Assembly (NCBI GenBank): GCA_024137785.1
Contig: JAHRHZ010000139.1
Coordinates: 38,843,447 to 38,907,446, forward strand
Direction: 5' to 3'
DNA: 64,000 bases
From: Ginglymostoma cirratum
Lineage: Eukaryota
Below are positions 1 through 14,482 of the stretch, piece after piece. Below the pieces are notes generated by a model. It had not been told where the DNA came from. It did not search any database and worked only from the letters and a program-made list of their open reading frames with translations. The stretch's first letter is position 1. Each line of letters opens with the position of its first letter. A program made the position numbers and the translations under genes.

Positions 1-3000
1 TAAACTTAAGGAAGTTAACCATGTTCACTGTCTGCATTATCTCATGACCTCTGATATTTACGGTTTGCTACATCATGGTGTTTGCCTTTTGGCTGTACTT
101 CTGCTCCAACTGTGCATACATATATAAGCACTACTCATTAGCAACTTGCTGAGAAACAAGAACCCTTTCTGCATTTTCTTGTTGTTTAATTATATCATTT
201 TGAGACTTCATACATTTTAAATATCACAGTGTCCATACTTATGATAAACAATTTATGTCTGTATCTAATTGCTGACAGTAGAAGATTAATCACCGATGTT
301 ATGTTTTTGTCACACTGTTATATCGACTTCTTTGCAGTGATAATTTCCTACACTAACATTTACAATGAAACTGCTGATGCAAAACTTATTACGCTGTAAT
401 TCTCCACCCTACCCCCTCACGAACCCCTTTTCAGCAATGGCACCTGAATTTTTCATTCGTCAATTTTTTTCAAATCCGCGCTGCTGAGAAATTCCTATGT
501 TTCTTTCAGCATCTCTGCAGCAGAGTTGAAACATCCATGTCCCACCAACCAAGTAACTACCATTTTTCTTTCTACTAGAACTCTCACATTTACTCTGCGG
601 TCAGTGTCACCCATTGCACACTACTACTAACCACTGGCCATGATGCTTTCTCTCTTGTGTCATACAGGTGCCAACAGGATGGTCATGGCTCCGATGGAGA
701 AATGGATTGCTCCACTAGAAGGCACCTCCTTGAACTCTGAGGAAGAGAGGTCAGAAGCCTCAGTGGAGCATCTGCAAGGCTGCCTCCTGCACCCAGTCAG
801 CTCAGACACTCCCATTAGATGTAGAATGTTTGGGAGCACAATCTGGTGAGCACCTCACTGTGATAACTCTGTACTTGGCTGAGGGAGAAATGCTGCAGGT
901 CACCCAGAGGACTGCTGGCGACCAGGTACTTGCTCAGTCCCAAGCAGGAGGTGACCCTGTTGTGTCAGGGATCAGAGACTTCATCCAAATGTACAGCAAA
1001 GAGAAATACCAGTCTGATCTTCTGTGGGAGGCAGTGGCCCTCACAGCCCAGAGGCTACAGGACTACGGTTATGCTATGGGGACTTAGCGGCCTCAAGCAT
1101 GCAATCATCCAGCTACCACCACAGACAGTTTTGTGGCTGCCATGGAGAGCCAGGCTCAGCATTCTCAGGATCTGCTGGATAATTGCATAGACCTAGACTC
1201 CATTTCAGCAGCCATTGGTCCTCATGACCAAATGTACAGCAACAAGCCTGGCACACTGAAGTTGGTGCTCACCTCAGGTGCCCCTTCCCCACAAGAAAAC
1301 AGGGTGATGCCAACTGGCACCCAGCTCGAGGAGGAACCACATATAGGCCCCTCAGAAACTTCCTCTCAGTACACTCGGAGATAGCCAGGCCCCTACCTCC
1401 ACCTCCACCCTACCTGTTCCCTCTGACCCTTGGAAGTTCAAGCTGAGGAGGCTTCCCTTGCCTCTGGCCATCCATCCATGAAAGCCTTTAAGATCACCCA
1501 ACCAAACCTCTAAGGCCAACAGACTCCATTGCTGAGTAGGCTCCCTCCACCCTGGCTGTGGAAATATCAAAATTATATTAGCTCCACTCAGTCTGATGAT
1601 ATTATACACTCTATGGAAAAGGCACAACATTTTACACTAGCCTCTGTAAGGAGCTGATGTATTATGTCACCTCCTGAAAGTCCTTATAATTATGCCTGAC
1701 TAGTAATGTAAGTTGTATTTATTGTGATCATGTAATAAACCATCTTCTATTTAGACTCATCACTGGTGTATTCTCTACCTCTGATAATTATCCTGGCTCT
1801 AGACACAGTATCAACAAAGTAGGATGAGTGGTATTAAACTACTTCAACCATCCTAGGCAAAAATGCAGATTTGAATTCTATGCAGCGACCCCCACCATGA
1901 GGAGAAGAAATCCAAAAGAGAAGTTTGAAGATTAGTGAATTTACCACGTTAAAAACGTGGTAACTTTAAGAAGACACAGACATTCAGTCAGCAGCTGAAA
2001 CTGAGTTACCAAAAGAGACTGCAGCATCTGTGGAAGCAGCAACAGGACAAGGTCAGCACTCTGAAGATAAACCTTTACAAAGAAGCCATTACAGGTACAG
2101 GGAGAAAACCATAGCAAGACATAGAGAGAAAAAGCCAATGGGGAAAGGGGAAACTGTATGAAAACAGCACAAAGTCCAGAAGCAGACGGCAGTGGAATGT
2201 AAAAGAGGGTTCTCACAAATAAGTGTTGCCACCCTTGAGATTAGGCTCCATGAGAACAGTTTAAGGAACAGTGGAAGGGCCAGAGAAATAATCTATACCA
2301 GGACTTCAGAAATGAGAAGGCTAGAAAGGAACAAGTTTAAAGAAACCTAGTGGAAAAGTCTGGGAGAAGAAGAAAAGTTGGGAGAAATGAAAAATATAAA
2401 GGGATCATGACACTGTAATTAAATGTGATTACAGGAAATGATTTGTAAGAACTCCAACCAGAAAAATTTGTGCGAAAAGAAGTGTGTGTGTTTTGGACCA
2501 TGAAAAGCAGGAAGATGCTCATCTCACCCAGAAAGAGATGAGAAAACTATATCTTGGCAAGAAAACCCGGAAAAACGTGGGAAGTCAACATCTTGATCAT
2601 TTAAAAAAAAATGTAGGAAACCCAATCAAAGATGGGAGAATCTAGTAAGGAGTACTCAGGTAAGTAGTGCAGAGAATTAGAATTTTGAAAGCCCTGAATC
2701 ACTACAAAAAGTCAGAAACACAATTTAAACTTTATTGACGAAGTTAATACAACATCATAGTGAGTTTAAGAGGACTGGCAAACAAAGAAAATACTGCATA
2801 AAATGTAGCAGGCTTTACAGTAATTGAATTTAAAACAGCGTTTTTAATGGAAAAATTAAAGCTTAAAGACAGCAGATTATAAGCACTAAATATGGGTAAT
2901 AGAGTGTTAATTCTGCATGTTAGAAACAAGTTGAACGTGTTTGTGGTTGTCATTATTGCTGTAATGTTGTATAATAGTTTGTTATTATTTGTTCAAAACT

Positions 3001-3449
3001 GAGGAATCTTGTGTTTTATTCTCCCAGTAAGCTCCCAGGATCTCACATTTTGTTGCTTTAAAAATAAAAGTAACTGATTCCTACCCAGACTGTAACATGA
3101 ATTTGATGGTCTGGCCTGGTTATGTTACAATGTTTTATACGATGGCTGGTTGTTTACTTTGACTTTGGATTAAAAACAGACAATGATGGAAATATTAAGC
3201 AGGTCAGGTGGTGTATGTACAAACAGAAAGAGGTAACCTCTTATCAGAACTCTTGTCAGAACAAAATGTTAATCCTATTTCCCATGTCAGGGATGCTAGC
3301 TGACCTGCTAAGTGTTTTCACTACTTTCTGATTTTCAGATATCCAGAATCAGTGGGAATTCTATTCAATGAAGGATATACTTGCATTGGAGGTGGCACAG
3401 TGAAAATTCACTAAATTTGTCTATGGGATAAGGGTTTTATTTTATGTAA

Positions 3450-3725
3450 TCCATGTGGTGTAGAAACACCCATAATGTTGTCTGAAAGTCTGGAATTAAG
3501 AGTCTAATAATGATCATGAATCCATTGACAATTGGTGGAAAACCTCGTCTGGTTCACTAATGTCCTTCAGGGAAGGAAATTGCCATCCTTATCTGGTCTG
3601 GCCTACATGTGACTCCAGATCCACAGCAATGTGGTTGACTCTTAACTGCCCTCTAAGCAATTAAGGATGGGCAATAAATGTTGCCTAGGCAGTGATGCCC
3701 TCATTCCATGAATGAATTTTTTAAA
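3450..3725 (+). mobile_element. SINE/LINE 3'-tail repeat; reverse copies at ~43890-44050 and ~28370-28520
   Basis: gggaaggaaattgccatccttatctggtctggcctacatgtgactccaga matches the reverse complement at 43975-44025. Ends in a tgaatgaat tail. Confidence 0.6.
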
Positions 3726-5169
3726 AAAGTGCCTTCCAGAATTTTGCCCAACAACACTAACAGAACAGCAATATAATTCCAAGTCAAGATGGTGCATGAC
3801 TTGGTTGTGAGCTTGCAGTTGGTGATGTTCCAATTCATCTGCTACCATTGTCCTTCCGCATGTTAGAGGTAGTAGGTTTGGAAAGTGCTGTTGAAGGATC
3901 CTACGCTGCCCATTCCTGGAAATTTGAGCAGAAGGAAGGTAACAATGGCCTGAAAAATGCTGATCCCAATTGGGAATTTTCTCAAACTAATAATTATTTT
4001 AATATTTAATAGCAGATCGAATGTGACCTTGCACATGCTAACCTTGGATCTGAAACATTGTTGTGCTGTTCTACCACTAACTGTCCCCTAACAAATTCGC
4101 GGATTTTATTGCAATTTCTTTTTTAAACATTGTGTCATATGTGTAGCAAAGTGTAATGTCTCCTGCATGACATGGAGAGTTCTGGATGGTACCAATAGTA
4201 AGACTATTGTATATAACTATACAATAGTGTATTATAACAAATTCTCACAAATATGTCCATTGCAGAAGCTCATCCTGAATTATTTCATAAATACACAATG
4301 TTAACTACCCTATAATTAGAATGATGAGTTGTTATTTCAACCAAAAATTATCCAGGACATAATGTTTTGCAATTTAACTTGACACAAACATATCTAATTA
4401 AAGAGTCCATTTTTGTAATTCACAGGACTCTTTTTGTAATATTTATTATTCTGTGCAGAAATAATTAATTTTCTATCCAATTCCTAACTACCTGAGTCAT
4501 TAGACATTTGTATATTTGACAATTGTATATTTTCAAAAAAACTGCAACTGTGCTATTCCTTATTATAATCCTCCTTGTCAATGTCAGTATTTAGTTTAAA
4601 ATAAGCAGGTTAGCAAAGCCAGGAAGAGGAAAATAAAATCTTTTGCTATTGACATTTTGCAACAAGGTTAAGCGTTATATTTGTTGACTTTTATGCATAT
4701 AATTGTAAATATTTAACAAGGCATTGAGTAGAAATTTAACTTGCTTCATGATCATTTATACAGTTGCCTCATAGGCTGAATTCTCTCATCTGCAAATGGA
4801 AATGCATCAATAGTTTGAGGTGATATTGGAGCAGACAATGAAAAGAAAATTCAAAGCACCAACAATGCTCAAAATCAAAGTTGTTTTTCCCACTTTTTAA
4901 TGTTCAGAAATCACACAACTTTCTGGTGGGTTTCACCAAATATAACTGAGTAACAAATTAATCCTGGCTTAACAAATAACCATTTAACAAATAGTGCTGG
5001 ACCCACATAGTACCATCAATATTTTAATTAGCAAAAATCTTGCAAAGATTGGCTTATTGACAAAGCTCCGCAGATTACATATAGTTAATATGACTGAAAG
5101 ATAACCCTCAGCTCCAAAAAACTTGAGTACCTTATATTGAAGCAGAGAACAGTCAAAAGGAGTGTCTCA

Positions 5170-5605
5170 AAAACACAAAAAATAGGAGCACACATAGATC
5201 ATATAGTATGATGAACTGTTCCACCATTTAATACGACCAAGGCTGATATTTGGCTTTCAATGTCTCTTCCTTGCTCCCCATATCCCTAAGTTCCCTGAGG
5301 AATCAAAAAATGTGTCTATCCCAGCCTTTAACATATTCAACAATGAGCTATCCATAACTCTCCCAGAATTCCAAATATTCACAATATTTTGAGTGAAGTA
5401 AATTGTCCTCATCTCAGTCCTAAATGATTAGTCTCTTCTCGGTCTCCTTCACAATCATGTTTCAATGAGATCTCTTCTCGTTCTGTTAAATTCCAAAATA
5501 TTTAATGTACTCAATTTCTCATTATAGAGCAAACCCTTCACCCCACAGACCAATTTAGGGAATCCTTGCTGTGCTACTTCCAATGCAAGTATAACCTTGG
5601 TTAAA
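5170..5605 (-). mobile_element. Decayed CR1 3' fragment
   Basis: Resembles 7530-8000 (cctcatctcagtcctaaat). Confidence 0.55.
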
Positions 5606-6720
5606 TTACCCTGGGGTTGAGGGAATGGAGATCAGATAGCCTGGATGGAGTAATCTGGTTATTCTTCAGGATTGTTAAGAGCAGTGAAGTTTGTACCTAA
5701 AAAGCGTATAAACCACTTGGAATTGTAAAGCCATGAAATAAGTGTGAAACCTGTCAAGAACTGCCAAAAAATGTCAAACTTATCACATATTGGCCAAGTG
5801 TGTTGAATTTGTCAAGAACTGCTAAGAATTGTGGTACGTGTCAAGAACTGACAAATAGTATGAACTTGTCAATAAGTGACAAACTTGTCATGCAGTCTCA
5901 AATGTTTAAATGAGAGTACTTTTTCAATGGCATCTACTCTGCAAGAGAATTTTATGTAATGGAACGTTACTTTTTCTCCTGTGTGCTTGGGTGCAGAAGG
6001 AGCCATAGGGACGGGCAGAAGAGTGTTATGAGGGGACATTGGGGTTGGGTGAAGTATTGGTTGGCATGGATGGGCCTCGGATTCTATGAGTTTGAGTGAG
6101 AGTGAGTGTGTATGAGAGATGAGGGTTGAAAACATTTTTATATTTTATTCTTTAATTCAACTTTTGGATACAATATTGAAGTCCTGGGTTAGGCTTTCCA
6201 CTCAGCCTGCCTCAGCAACTGCAGGATCCTCAGTTCTCCTCAGTGCATCTGACCCAATTTCCAATCCAGCCTTTCTCCTGGACTACAAATGGGGAGTGCA
6301 GGTAACCACTTTTCAGCAGGTTCGCTGAAGTGGGAATTGTCCCACTTCTTCACATCCAACTCGGGAATATAAATCAGGCCCTAATGTTTGAAAGTTTCAC
6401 GCATTAAAAGAAATCTGCTTTTTTTTTCATTTATAAAACCAAAATAATTGACCCAACGTTTCTCTATTTAATGTCTTGAAGGAAAGGGCAGAGTGTAATG
6501 TGTGCAGATTTTTTCCTGATACAAACATAATCGGGACGGCCAGGTGTAATGAGGACATAAAGAATCTGCAAGGGCTTTAAAGATAAATTGAGTGAGTGGG
6601 CTCAACTTGGCAGACTGAGTTTAATGTAGCAAAGTGTTATGTCAGGCACTTTGGTTGGAAGAATCAAAAGGCAAACTATTATTTAAAAAGGGAGAGACTC
6701 ATAAAACAGTGCAGCACAGA

Positions 6721-6854
6721 GATTTTCTGATGAAGGGTCTAGGCACAAAATGTCAAGCTTTCCTGCTCCTATGATGCTGCTTGGCCTGCTGTGTTCATCC
6801 AGCCCTTCACCTTGTTATCTTGGATTCTCCAGCATCTGCAGTTCCTATTATCTC
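6721..6854 (+). mobile_element. Solo Penelope pLTR 3' segment with decayed hammerhead motif, inserted in a CR1 fragment
   Basis: Homologous to 30030-30125. TSD cagcacaga at 6712-6720 and 6855-6863. Confidence 0.75.
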
Positions 6855-7525
6855 CAGCACAGAAAAATCTGGCCATTTTTCTGCCTGAAGTGTTGTGGCA
6901 CAGAGACAGACAACTAAACCAAATCAGCATTTCTACCTATGTATTTGCAACACAGTAAAATTAAACTGAAGGTCCCAAATTGTCACTCAGTTGGTACCTG
7001 ACCAGACTTCTCAATAACCACTTCCAGACATTGCAAATAATTGATTTCCAGACACTGGTTTGACAGTTTAAACAAAAGACTTAACTATTTATTAGCAGTA
7101 GCTTTAGCAAACAATAAATTAAACATGGTAAGCTGATTAATGTCTGTGTATCATACCTGAAATATTTGTTTTCAGCCCCCACTTACACGAAAGACGGACG
7201 GACAAGCAAAAACAGTTAAAGGATAAATAAAAGAAAATAGCAAAACTGGCCAGATTACTTAAAAAGGCTTTCACAATGCATTGTTTCACAGGCATAAATA
7301 TGTTTTTTTTCTGAAACATTGGTCAGGATCACCTTCTCAGTTCACCCAGACAGAGGCAGCAATATTTCTAATTCTGGGAATCTGGAAGCTGGTGTATCAG
7401 AATAGGCAGTGAGCTTTCAAACTTACATGCTGTCCCAGCAGCAGCCAAAACCGTCTCTCCGAAAACATAGTTTTAAAAAACTTTTAATCGGTTCCACCCT
7501 AATAGACTGATCAACTCTTCCTGAG

Positions 7526-10500
7526 ACATAGAAAATAGGTGCAAGAGTAGGCCATTCAGCCCTTCAAGCCTGTACCATCATTCAATACAATCATGCAATC
7601 TCACTATCCCATTCCTGCTGTCTCCCTATATCCCTTGATCATTTTAGCTGCAAGGGCCATGTTCAGCTCCCTCTTGAATATATCTGATGAACTACCCCCA
7701 ACAGCTTCCTGTTGGAGAAAACTCCACAGGTTCACGACTCTTTGAATGAAAAAATTCTTCCTCATCTCAGTCATAAATAACTTACCCCTTTTTCTTAGAC
7801 TGTGACTAAGATTCTGGACTTCCCTAAGATAGGAAACATTCTTCCCACATCTAGCCTGTCCAGTCCCATCAGGACCTTATATGTTTCTATGAGACCACCC
7901 CCTCCCCATTCTTCTAAATTACAGTGAATACAAGCCTAGCTGATCCAGTCTTTCCTCATATGTCAGTCCTGCCATGCTGGGAATCAGTCTGGTGAACCTT
8001 TGCTGGATGCCCTCAATAGCAAGAATGCCCTTCCTCAGACTAGGAGACTAAAACTGTACACAATACTCAAGTTGTGGCCTCACCAAGACCCTGTATAACT
8101 GCAGCAAGACATGTTTACTCTAATACTCAAATTGTCTCGCTATGAAGAAAAGTGTGCCATTAGCTTTCCTCACTGCCTGCTGCACCTGCATGTCAACCTT
8201 CAGTAACTGTTCCACCATGGCACCCAAGTCCCGTTGTACCTCACTTTTTCCAAAACTGCCACCATTCAGATAATAATCTGCCTTCCTGTTTTTGTGAGCA
8301 AAGCGGATAACCTCACATTTATCCACATTACATTGCATTTGCCAAGTATTTGCCCACTCAGCTAGTCTGAACAAGTCATCCTGTAGCCTCTTAGTATTGC
8401 CCTCACAGCACAGACTGCCACCCAACTTAGTGTCATTTCAAATTTGGAGATATGGCATTTGATTCTATCACCCAAATCGTTGATGTATATTGTGAACAGC
8501 TAAGGTATCAGCACTAAACCCAGCAGCAATCCACTCATCACTGCCTGCCACTCTGAGAAGGACCTGTTTATTCCAACTCTGTTTCCTGTCTGCCAACTGT
8601 TCTCTATCCATGTCAGTACATTACCTCTGATGCCATGAGCTTTAATTTTCCTTACTAATCTCTTGTGTGGAACCTTGTCAAAACCATTTTGAAAGTCCAG
8701 ATACACAACATCTACTGATTCACCATCTCTACTCACCATTCACCATTCTACTCTACTGGTCACATCCTCAAAAAATTTCAGAAGATTTGTCAAGCATGAT
8801 TTCCTTTTAGTGAATCCGTGCTGACTAGGACCCATTCTGTCACCCCTTTCCAAATGATCTGTTTTTACATACTTAATGATTGACTCCAGCATTTTCCCCA
8901 CCAGTGATGTCAGGCTAACCAGCCCATAATTCCCCATTTTCTCTCCCTCCTTCTTTAAAGATTGCCGTTACATTAGCTACCCTCCAATCCATTGGAACTC
9001 TTCCAGAGTCTACAGAAGGCTGGAAAATGATCACCAATACATCTGCTATTTCTAGGGTCACTCCCTTATGTACTCTGGGTTGCAGAGTGTCAGGCCCTGG
9101 GGACTTACTGGGTTTTAATCCCATCAATTTCCCCAATCCGATTTCCTGACTAGTAAGGATTTCCTTCAGTTCCTCCTTAGGCTTGATCCTCTGTCCCCTA
9201 GCATTTCCTGAAGGTTATTTGTGTCCTCCTTAGTGAAGACATATCCAAAGTATTTGTTGAAGTGGTCTATCATCTCTTTGTTGTCCATTATGAATTCACC
9301 TAACTCTAACTGCAAGGGACCTACATTTGTCTTCAGAAGTCTTTTTCTCTTCACATATGTGTAGAAGCTTTGGCAGTTAGTTTTTATGTTTTCTGCAAGT
9401 TTTACTTTCATATTCTGTTTTCTCTTTCTGAATTAAACCCTTTGTCCTCCTCTGCTGAATTTTAAATTTTTTCAAGTCCTCGGCTGCTTTTTCTGGCCAA
9501 TTTGTATGCCTCCTGTTTGGCTTTAACACTGTTCCTGATTTCCCTTGTTAGCTGTGGTTGAGTCACCTTCCATGTTTTACTCTTATGCCAGACCGGGATG
9601 TACAGAAGTTCTTTAAATGTCTGCCATTGCCTATTCATCATCAACCCCTTAAGTATCCTTGGCCAGTTTATCCTAGTCAATGCATGCCTCATACTGTCAA
9701 AGTTAGTTTTCTTTAGTTCAGGACCCTAGTTTCAGATTTAATTGTGTCACATTCTCCATCTTAATGAAGAATTCTACCATATTATGGTCACTCTTCTCCA
9801 AAAGATCTCGCACCACAATGTTGTTAATTAATCCTGTCTCGTTACTCAATACCCAGCCTAGGATAGCTTGCTCTCTGGTTAGTTGTTCAATATATTGGTC
9901 AAGAGAACCATGACTCAGACATTCCAGGAAATCATCTTCCGTGGCATTGCTACCAGTTTGGTTGGTCCAATCGACGTGTAGATTGAAGTCACCTATAATA
10001 ACTGCAGTTCTCTTTCTGCATGCATCTCTAATATCCTGTTTGATACAGTCTCCAACACTGCAACTATTGTTCGGTGGTCTGTACACAACTCCCACTTATG
10101 CTTTTTCCCTTTGGTGTTCCACATCATCTAGGCTAATGTCCTCCTTTACTATTGTGTTAATATCCTCCTTAACCAGCAATGCTACCCCACCTCCCTTTCC
10201 TTTCTGTCTGTCTTCCCTAAAAATTGAATAACCGTGCACATTGAGTTCCCATCCTTGGTCCCCTGGAGCCAAGCCTCTGTGATCCCAATTACATCATATC
10301 CATTAATAACTATTTGGGTAGTTAATTCATCCACCTTATTACAAATGCTCCTTACATTGAGACACAGAGCCTCCGGGCTCATTTTTTTGACATTTATTGC
10401 CCTTTTAGAATTATTCTGATTTTTGACTTTGGTTTCTCTGCCTTCCACTTTCAGTTTTCCCCTTTGTTTCTGTCCCCACTTCCCTCCAACTTCCTGCATT

Positions 10501-10555
10501 GGTTCCCACACCCCTGCCTTATTAGTTTAAACCCTCCCCAATTGGCATCTAACAA
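7526..10555 (-). mobile_element. CR1-clade LINE, near-full ORF2 (APE endonuclease + RT), fragmented
   Basis: IGITEAWL, GVVYRPP, IIGDFN and SDHN (APE). KSPGPD, WRVANVTAIFK, QHGF, VYLDFQ..FDKVPH and WQMQCNVDKC (RT). 3' ttctatgt tail. Confidence 0.9.
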
Positions 10556-10869
10556 CTGCCATCTGGTTGAACATGGGGTCTCTTCCATGCCTGCTGGAAC
10601 CAAATCCATGGTACTGACTTTCTTAATTGCCAACTCCTACTATCTGTTTAAACACAATGCTCTTCACAGAGTCGCCATGTTTGTTAGAACTCTTTTTGAT
10701 CGAGGTTGACCCTGCATTTAACCTCCAGGCTTGGCCTGACAAACAAAACTTGTTTGGTCTGTTCTTTTCCTTTTCTCACAAGTCCCAAAGTCCACCGGTC
10801 ATTTCCAACTAATAATTCAAAATTGACAAAAGAATAAAATTAAAAATAGTGAAAAATCAGCAAAGGTTC

Positions 10870-11530
10870 TAACAGAAGCACAAATAGTTAATATTAAGTG
10901 CAGCAAGAAATTAAGAAGGTAAATGGAATTTTGGCCTTCGTTGATAAGGGTTGGAGTTTAACAATAGGAAATTCTTGTTTCAACTGTACGGGATGTTGGC
11001 GTGTCTGTACCTGGAGTACTGTACAAGTTTTGGTTACATTTACATTGTAAGCAGTTAAAAAGAGATTCTCTAGGCTGATACTTGGGATAAAGAGTTTGTT
11101 CATCGAGAACAGCTAAGCAGATTAAGCTTTTATTCATTACAGTTTAGAAGAATAATGGGTGATATTATTGAAACATACATGATTCTGAGGGGACTTGACA
11201 GAGTAGATATTTAGAAAATGTTTGCATGAATGGGGAGTATTCTGACAAGGGGACACAGTTACAGACCAAAGGGACACATGTTAAAAACAGGAATGTGAAG
11301 GAATTTCTTCTTTCAGAAGGCTGTGAAGGTCTACCTCAAAGAGTTGTGGAGGCTAGATCACTTAAAATATTTATAGAAGTAGATTTTTGAAAAATTGAGG
11401 AGTTGAGTGCTTTGAGGAGCTGGCATGAAAGGAGTTGAGGCCTTGGGCAGATAAGCCAAGATATTTTGGAATAGTTGGCAGGCTTGAGAGGCTCAATGGC
11501 TTACCTTTCTTCAGTTGCTTGTGCTATTAC
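10870..11530 (+). mobile_element. CR1 LINE 3' fragment
   Basis: Similar to 48755-49452 (ggtaaatggaattttggcc...ctggagtactgt...ggaatttcttc). Confidence 0.75.
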
Positions 11531-11679
11531 GTTCTAGCATCACAGCAACTTTGAAAAAAAGTGACAGCAAGAATTAGTACTATTTTACCTGTGTGGCAAA
11601 CATGAGGTTGGGTAGGACGGATAGTTGTCTTCAATGTTCACAAAGGTAAATATTGCCCAGAGTTTGATTAATTTGGCAA

Positions 11680-12515
11680 TTTTGTGGGTGTTTTTGTGCC
11701 CCAATTTTTCTTCATTTCCAATGTTGGTGAAGCCAAAACTATTGCTCTTTTGCAAGTCAGAAATTGAGTGATTGCACTTTGGCACAAAGAACAGAGAGAG
11801 ACGATTTATGGGCTTATAAAAGTTGTGCAGGGGCATCGAGATCTGGGTGCACATAAGCCATTAAAGGTGGCAGGTCAGGTAGAGGGAGCTATTTGAAAAG
11901 CAAACCGTATTCCAGGCTTCATAAATAAGAGCATAGATTACAAGAGCAGGGAGGTTATGTTTAGCTTATGTGAGACACTGGTTAGATGTGCAGTTCTGAG
12001 CACCACATTATAGAAAGGTTATGGATATATTGGAGAGAGTGCAGAAAAGGTTTATGACAATGGTTCCAGGGATGAAACACTTCAATTATGAAGGAAGATT
12101 AGAGAAGTTGGGGCTGTTTTTCTTGGAGAGGGTGTGGCTGAGGGGTAATTTGATTGAAGTTTTTAAAATCATTTGGGGTCTGGACAGAGTAGATAAGGAG
12201 AAATTATTCCCACTTGAAAATAGATCAAGAACCAGAAGCACCAATTAAAGGTGTTTTGTAAAAGAAGCAAATTTGAGGTGAGGAAAACCTTTTTGCACAG
12301 TGTAGTAAGGTCTGGGATGCACCACCTGAAAGTGTGGTGGAGACAACATTTAATTGAGGCAATGAAGAGGCCATTGGACGATTAATGTAAAAATAAATAA
12401 TATGCAGGGTTAAAGAGAAAAGATAAGATATTGGGCACTATATTAAAATGCCCAGAGAGGTAATACAGACATGATAGGCTGAATGACCTCCTGCACTGTA
12501 ACAATTCTGTGATTC
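11680..12515 (+). mobile_element. CR1 LINE 3' fragment
   Basis: ORF LERVQKRFMTMVPGM..YEGRLEKLGLF..RGNLIEVFKI and an attctgtgattc tail. Confidence 0.8.
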
Positions 12516-14482
12516 AGTTCCACTTTCTAAAGCATGGACGATTAAAGGTGGGAAGGAGGACATGATTGAAATTGGGTCTGGGCTGTGAAAAACTTGAACA
12601 GAATTTCAGTAGCAAAGGAGCTGAGGCAGAAATAGACAGTTGATGTTATGGATATGGTAATAAGTAATCTTGGTTATGAATGGGATTAAACTCCATGGAC
12701 AGAAAATTATAGTGCCTGATTCAGTTTAATTGTGGGATTGTGGAGGAGAATGAATTTAATATTAAGGCAGTGGGGTTTGTGCTGGTGTTTGAAAGTAAAG
12801 GCTTCAGCTCTTCTGTGTGGTCGATTGAAGGAACTCATTACTCATGGGTCAGAAAGAAACAGAAGCAGAGTTAGGTATTTATCAACGTATATATGGAAGT
12901 TTATGTTTGGACAGTTAAATTCAAGGATGGAAAAAGGATCTTTGCACCTTCGCCAAAAGGTTCCATTAACTTATTGTCCAATCTACACTTCTGCAATATG
13001 ATTTTTAGCCATTTTTGCTTGTTTAACCTGCCTCAACTTCTAGTCCAATGACAGCTTGATTTTAAAATGACCGTTTTTCTGTTCAGGTCCCTCTATGCTA
13101 CCACTCTTCCTTGTCTCTGTATCGATGTGGAGGCCTGTAACCTGTTTGTGACCTGTAAGGGAACTTCCAGGTTGCTGAACGCCTTCTGTGCAATTTAGAG
13201 GGAGTTTTGATCTCAACCTACCTTTCCTCATTCAAGCCAGTGGTTAAAACTCATCTTTTAGATCAAGCTTTTGTTCAGTGGCCTAATATTTCCTATGTGG
13301 CTTAGTATCATATTTTGTCTGATACCAGTCAGTGAAGTGCTTTGGAGCAGTCTACTACATTAAAAGTGCGGTATAAATACAGGCTGTTGTTGTTGTTGTT
13401 TGCCTCAGCCTTATTTGACTTTATTAAAAGTTTGCCCGAATTGTGGTTTGGATGTTGACAACTAATCATGTTATCGTTATCTGAGTTCTGACGATAAATA
13501 TGAAGTAAAATGGAAAATAGATAATTGTCAATGTGGAATGTTACTGTAATTTGGATGAATCATTAGAACAATGTTATTGTAGATTGAGTAATAATTCAAC
13601 ATTTATTTGAGTAATTTCTCTAAGCATACCTCCCAATATCAGACAGTCTTATTGCAGTATTACAAGGATTTAACAAGGATTTACAATGATTTAAAATTGA
13701 ATGCAGGTACGTGTATAACTGTAGCAAATTAGCTCAGGTTTCTGAGTTTAAATTATTCACCATATCTGATAAAAGCAAAGCAGTTAATGAGCAACTCCAG
13801 ACACTGAAGTGCTCTACATTTGTATTTGTTCTCCCTGAGTAAAAGGCAGAGCATACTGTTACGCTGCTCTTCATATATTATTGAAATGTATTAATTCCTG
13901 GCAATATTGATCTTGACAACATTGATGGAAGAATTCCACATCTTTTATTTCAGAAGTGGAAATGGAAATGCATCATTCTGTTGAAAACAAATTATGGTGA
14001 CAGGCTCATGCATTGTGGTTTGTTTTGTTTTTTACAGGATTGATAACAGTTTCCACCAATTAGTGAAGCTTTTAATCAATGTTTGCACCATATGAAGGGC
14101 AAAAATATATAGCAGTAAAAGAATCATGGGTAATTGGTAACACTAAACTTTATAGTCCTTTTAAACATATTGCTAATAAGAAAGATAATAGCATAGTGGA
14201 TCTCAAACCATTTTAGTTGTTATTTGCATTGCACAGGTAACTCTGTATTGAAAGGTATGTTTTGTTCTGTTCTAAATCTTTTTGACTATGCCAGTTGTGT
14301 ACAGTTTTTAGGAGGGATTTTTGCTGCATGGACTAGTGACTTTTGTATTCTTGCACATCAGTAACTTAAAATGTGTGTTTTTTTCACAAATGGAATTTCT
14401 TTGTTATTACAGATACATATGAACAATGACAGACAGCAAAGAACTCTGGTCATCCATCCTGTCCCATACAATTGTAATAGAT

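Noticed and set aside
640-1630. Cluster of GC-richer ORFs as a host gene
   Set aside because: Fragmented, with no recognisable domain or splice pattern. It is more likely a decayed transposon accessory region, but the family could not be supported.
5745-5895. CRISPR-like repeat-spacer array
   Set aside because: Eukaryotic context, repeats of 12 bp or less, degenerate and irregularly spaced, and no cas genes.
14020-14140. Possible coding exon after a strong polypyrimidine/AG acceptor
   Set aside because: Stops in all three frames before the next plausible donor.
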